A DNA stretch of 64,000 bases, from contig NC_043005.1 in NCBI RefSeq assembly GCF_006345805.1, forward strand, positions 74,462,001-74,526,000. Direction: 5' to 3'. Both the position numbers and the translations under genes were made by a program. The stretch's first letter is position 1. The number at the start of each line of letters is the position of its first letter. A model generated the notes under the pieces. The model was given only the letters and a program-made list of their open reading frames with translations, was not told where the DNA came from and ran no database searches. This document shows, in pieces, positions 62,282-64,000 of the stretch. This stretch comes from Octopus sinensis. Lineage: Eukaryota.

Positions 62282-62648
62282 CTATCACTATGACCCAGCA
62301 ACGCCGGGGCATAGTGCTAGTGCATGCATATACAGCTGTGTGCGTGCGCACATACACATGAGTACTGACCAAATCTCCGACCAATCATATACAGCTAGCT
62401 GGCATTCAATTGGCGTATCAAGTTTCGGGCATTTTGAATGGGTTTTGGATAGAAAATTCACAAAAAAGTCATTTCTATTGATTTTTTTAATGGCTTTGTG
62501 GGGTGACTGAGGAAATGTAAAGATGTGCATGACCACCCTTGGACGGTTTTGAATGACCATAGAAAATGCGAGCCCTCTAACTGAAAAATTGTGGATTTGT
62601 ATAAAGGACACACACAGACAGACATTTTTGCTGTTATATATATAGAGA
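62282..62648 (-). mobile_element. Non-autonomous Helitron-like element
   Basis: Minus strand starts TCTCTATATATATAACAGCAAAAATG and ends with the near-palindrome ACTAGCACTATGCCCCGGCGTTGCTGGGTCATAGTGATAG. Confidence 0.72.
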
Positions 62649-62697
62649 TTCAGTCAACACATAGACTAATTTGCACTAGTAGATCGCTCAATCAAGG

Positions 62698-63053
62698 TAA
62701 ATAACAAGGTGTCAGTGCTAAGTAGTGTGTAAGCATGAGCAGAATTAAGTAAGATGAAATATGGTCGGCACCTCAACTGTTAAATGGCAAATACACCTGC
62801 AGTTACTGTGGTAAATAAATCTCTCTTGTGGTGTAAAGGTGTGAAAACACCCTGTTTGTTCAGTGTTGCCATCTATGAGGAATCCCAGACATCGATGTTT
62901 CAAGTTTGACTTTTTTCAGGATGTGCCTAAGGGAGATTTATTTTCTCCACAGTAACTGCCTTTTAGCAGTTGAAATATGTGACAAACATATTTCAACTTC
63001 CCTAATTCTGCTCATAATTATACACTGCTTAATGCTGACACTTTGTTTTATTT
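62698..63053. mobile_element. MITE-like element with long imperfect inverted termini
   Basis: TAAATAACAAGGTGTCAG..TAAGTAGTGT..ATGAGCAGAATTA versus TAATTCTGCTCAT..ACACTGCTTAA.GCTGACACTTTGTTTTATTTA; partial second copy at 62031-62245. Confidence 0.65.
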
Positions 63054-63480
63054 ATATATATATATATATTTAAGCAAAAAAGCTAGTTCTAAAATCTAAG
63101 AGATTGTCATAGTAGTTGTACTAGAAAGTAATGCTCGTAGCCACTTTAACATGGACATCTCCTCTAGCTGGTTAACAATGCACAGCTGCATCTGATACAT
63201 TGCAAGCAGGGGAGCAAACTCCTACCACACGCACATGGTGGATAATATTGTTTTGCTAAATTACCTATCAAAGGATGGCAAATAATCTTATTGGTCAAAG
63301 AAATTTGAAACCATGGTATAACCGGTAATAAAAATAACAAGGTAAAAGTTTTTATTTTTCATTTACTTCGAAAATTGCTATTAGATCGTGATTTTGGCCA
63401 TGTTGGCTGCTATTTCTAGCATGTAAAAATTACCTGTTAAAGGGTAGTTTTCTTTTGTGTTTAAATGTACACTATTTTAA

Positions 63481-63519
<39 letters not shown>

Positions 63520-64000
63520 CTGTGTCGGTGGCACATAAAATCACCCACTACACTCTCGGAGTGGTTGGCGTTAGGAAGGGCATCCAGCTGTAGAAACACT
63601 GCCAGATCTGACTGGACTGGTGCAGCTTTCGGGCTCCCCAGACCCCAGTTGAACCGTCCAACCCATGCTAGCATGGAAAGCGGACGTTAAATGATGATGA
63701 TGATGATGTACACATACCATCATTCTTGTTTAACGTCCACCTTCCATGCTGGCATAGGTGGGAGGTTTGACAGGAGCCGGCCAGGCAGAAGCCTGCACCA
63801 GACTTCTGTGACTGTTTTGGCAGGATTTTTACAACTGGATGCCCTTCCTAACACCAACCACTCAGCTGAGTAGACTTAGTCCTTTTTTATGTGGCACAAG
63901 CACAGGCAAGGTCAGTTTTGACAGGGTTTTTACAGCTGGATGTCCTTCCAAATGCTAATCACTTTACAGTGTGAGCTGGATGCTTTTTAAGTGGCACCTG

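Overview
Repeat-rich, AT-rich animal genomic DNA. It is most likely an octopus/coleoid cephalopod, inferred from the dense (TA)n/(TATC)n microsatellites and the SINE/LINE make-up; this is not verified. One host gene is recognisable: six 3' coding exons of centromere protein I (CENP-I) on the minus strand, 61770 down to ~48017, with phase-consistent GT-AG junctions. The rest is mostly transposon-derived: several tRNA-SINE families, CR1-like, RTE and R4/Dong-like LINE pieces, mariner/pogo/piggyBac MITEs and non-autonomous Helitrons. The most striking structure is at 23.8-31.9 kb. Two Tx1/L1-clade retrotransposons are inserted in tandem at exactly the same target (TACGACGAATTCTACGG, present three times). 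That target lies inside a ~500-nt, (TA)n-embedded, partially tandem repeat carrying a type I hammerhead-ribozyme fold about 45 nt downstream of the target. This suggests a site-specific retrotransposon parasitising a retrozyme/Penelope-like ribozyme element. Several other hammerhead-like motifs sit in short (TA)n inserts and in a tRNA-headed SINE, and an RTE LINE carries a PHD finger inside its reverse transcriptase. All calls are from reading by eye; no searches or folding programs were run.
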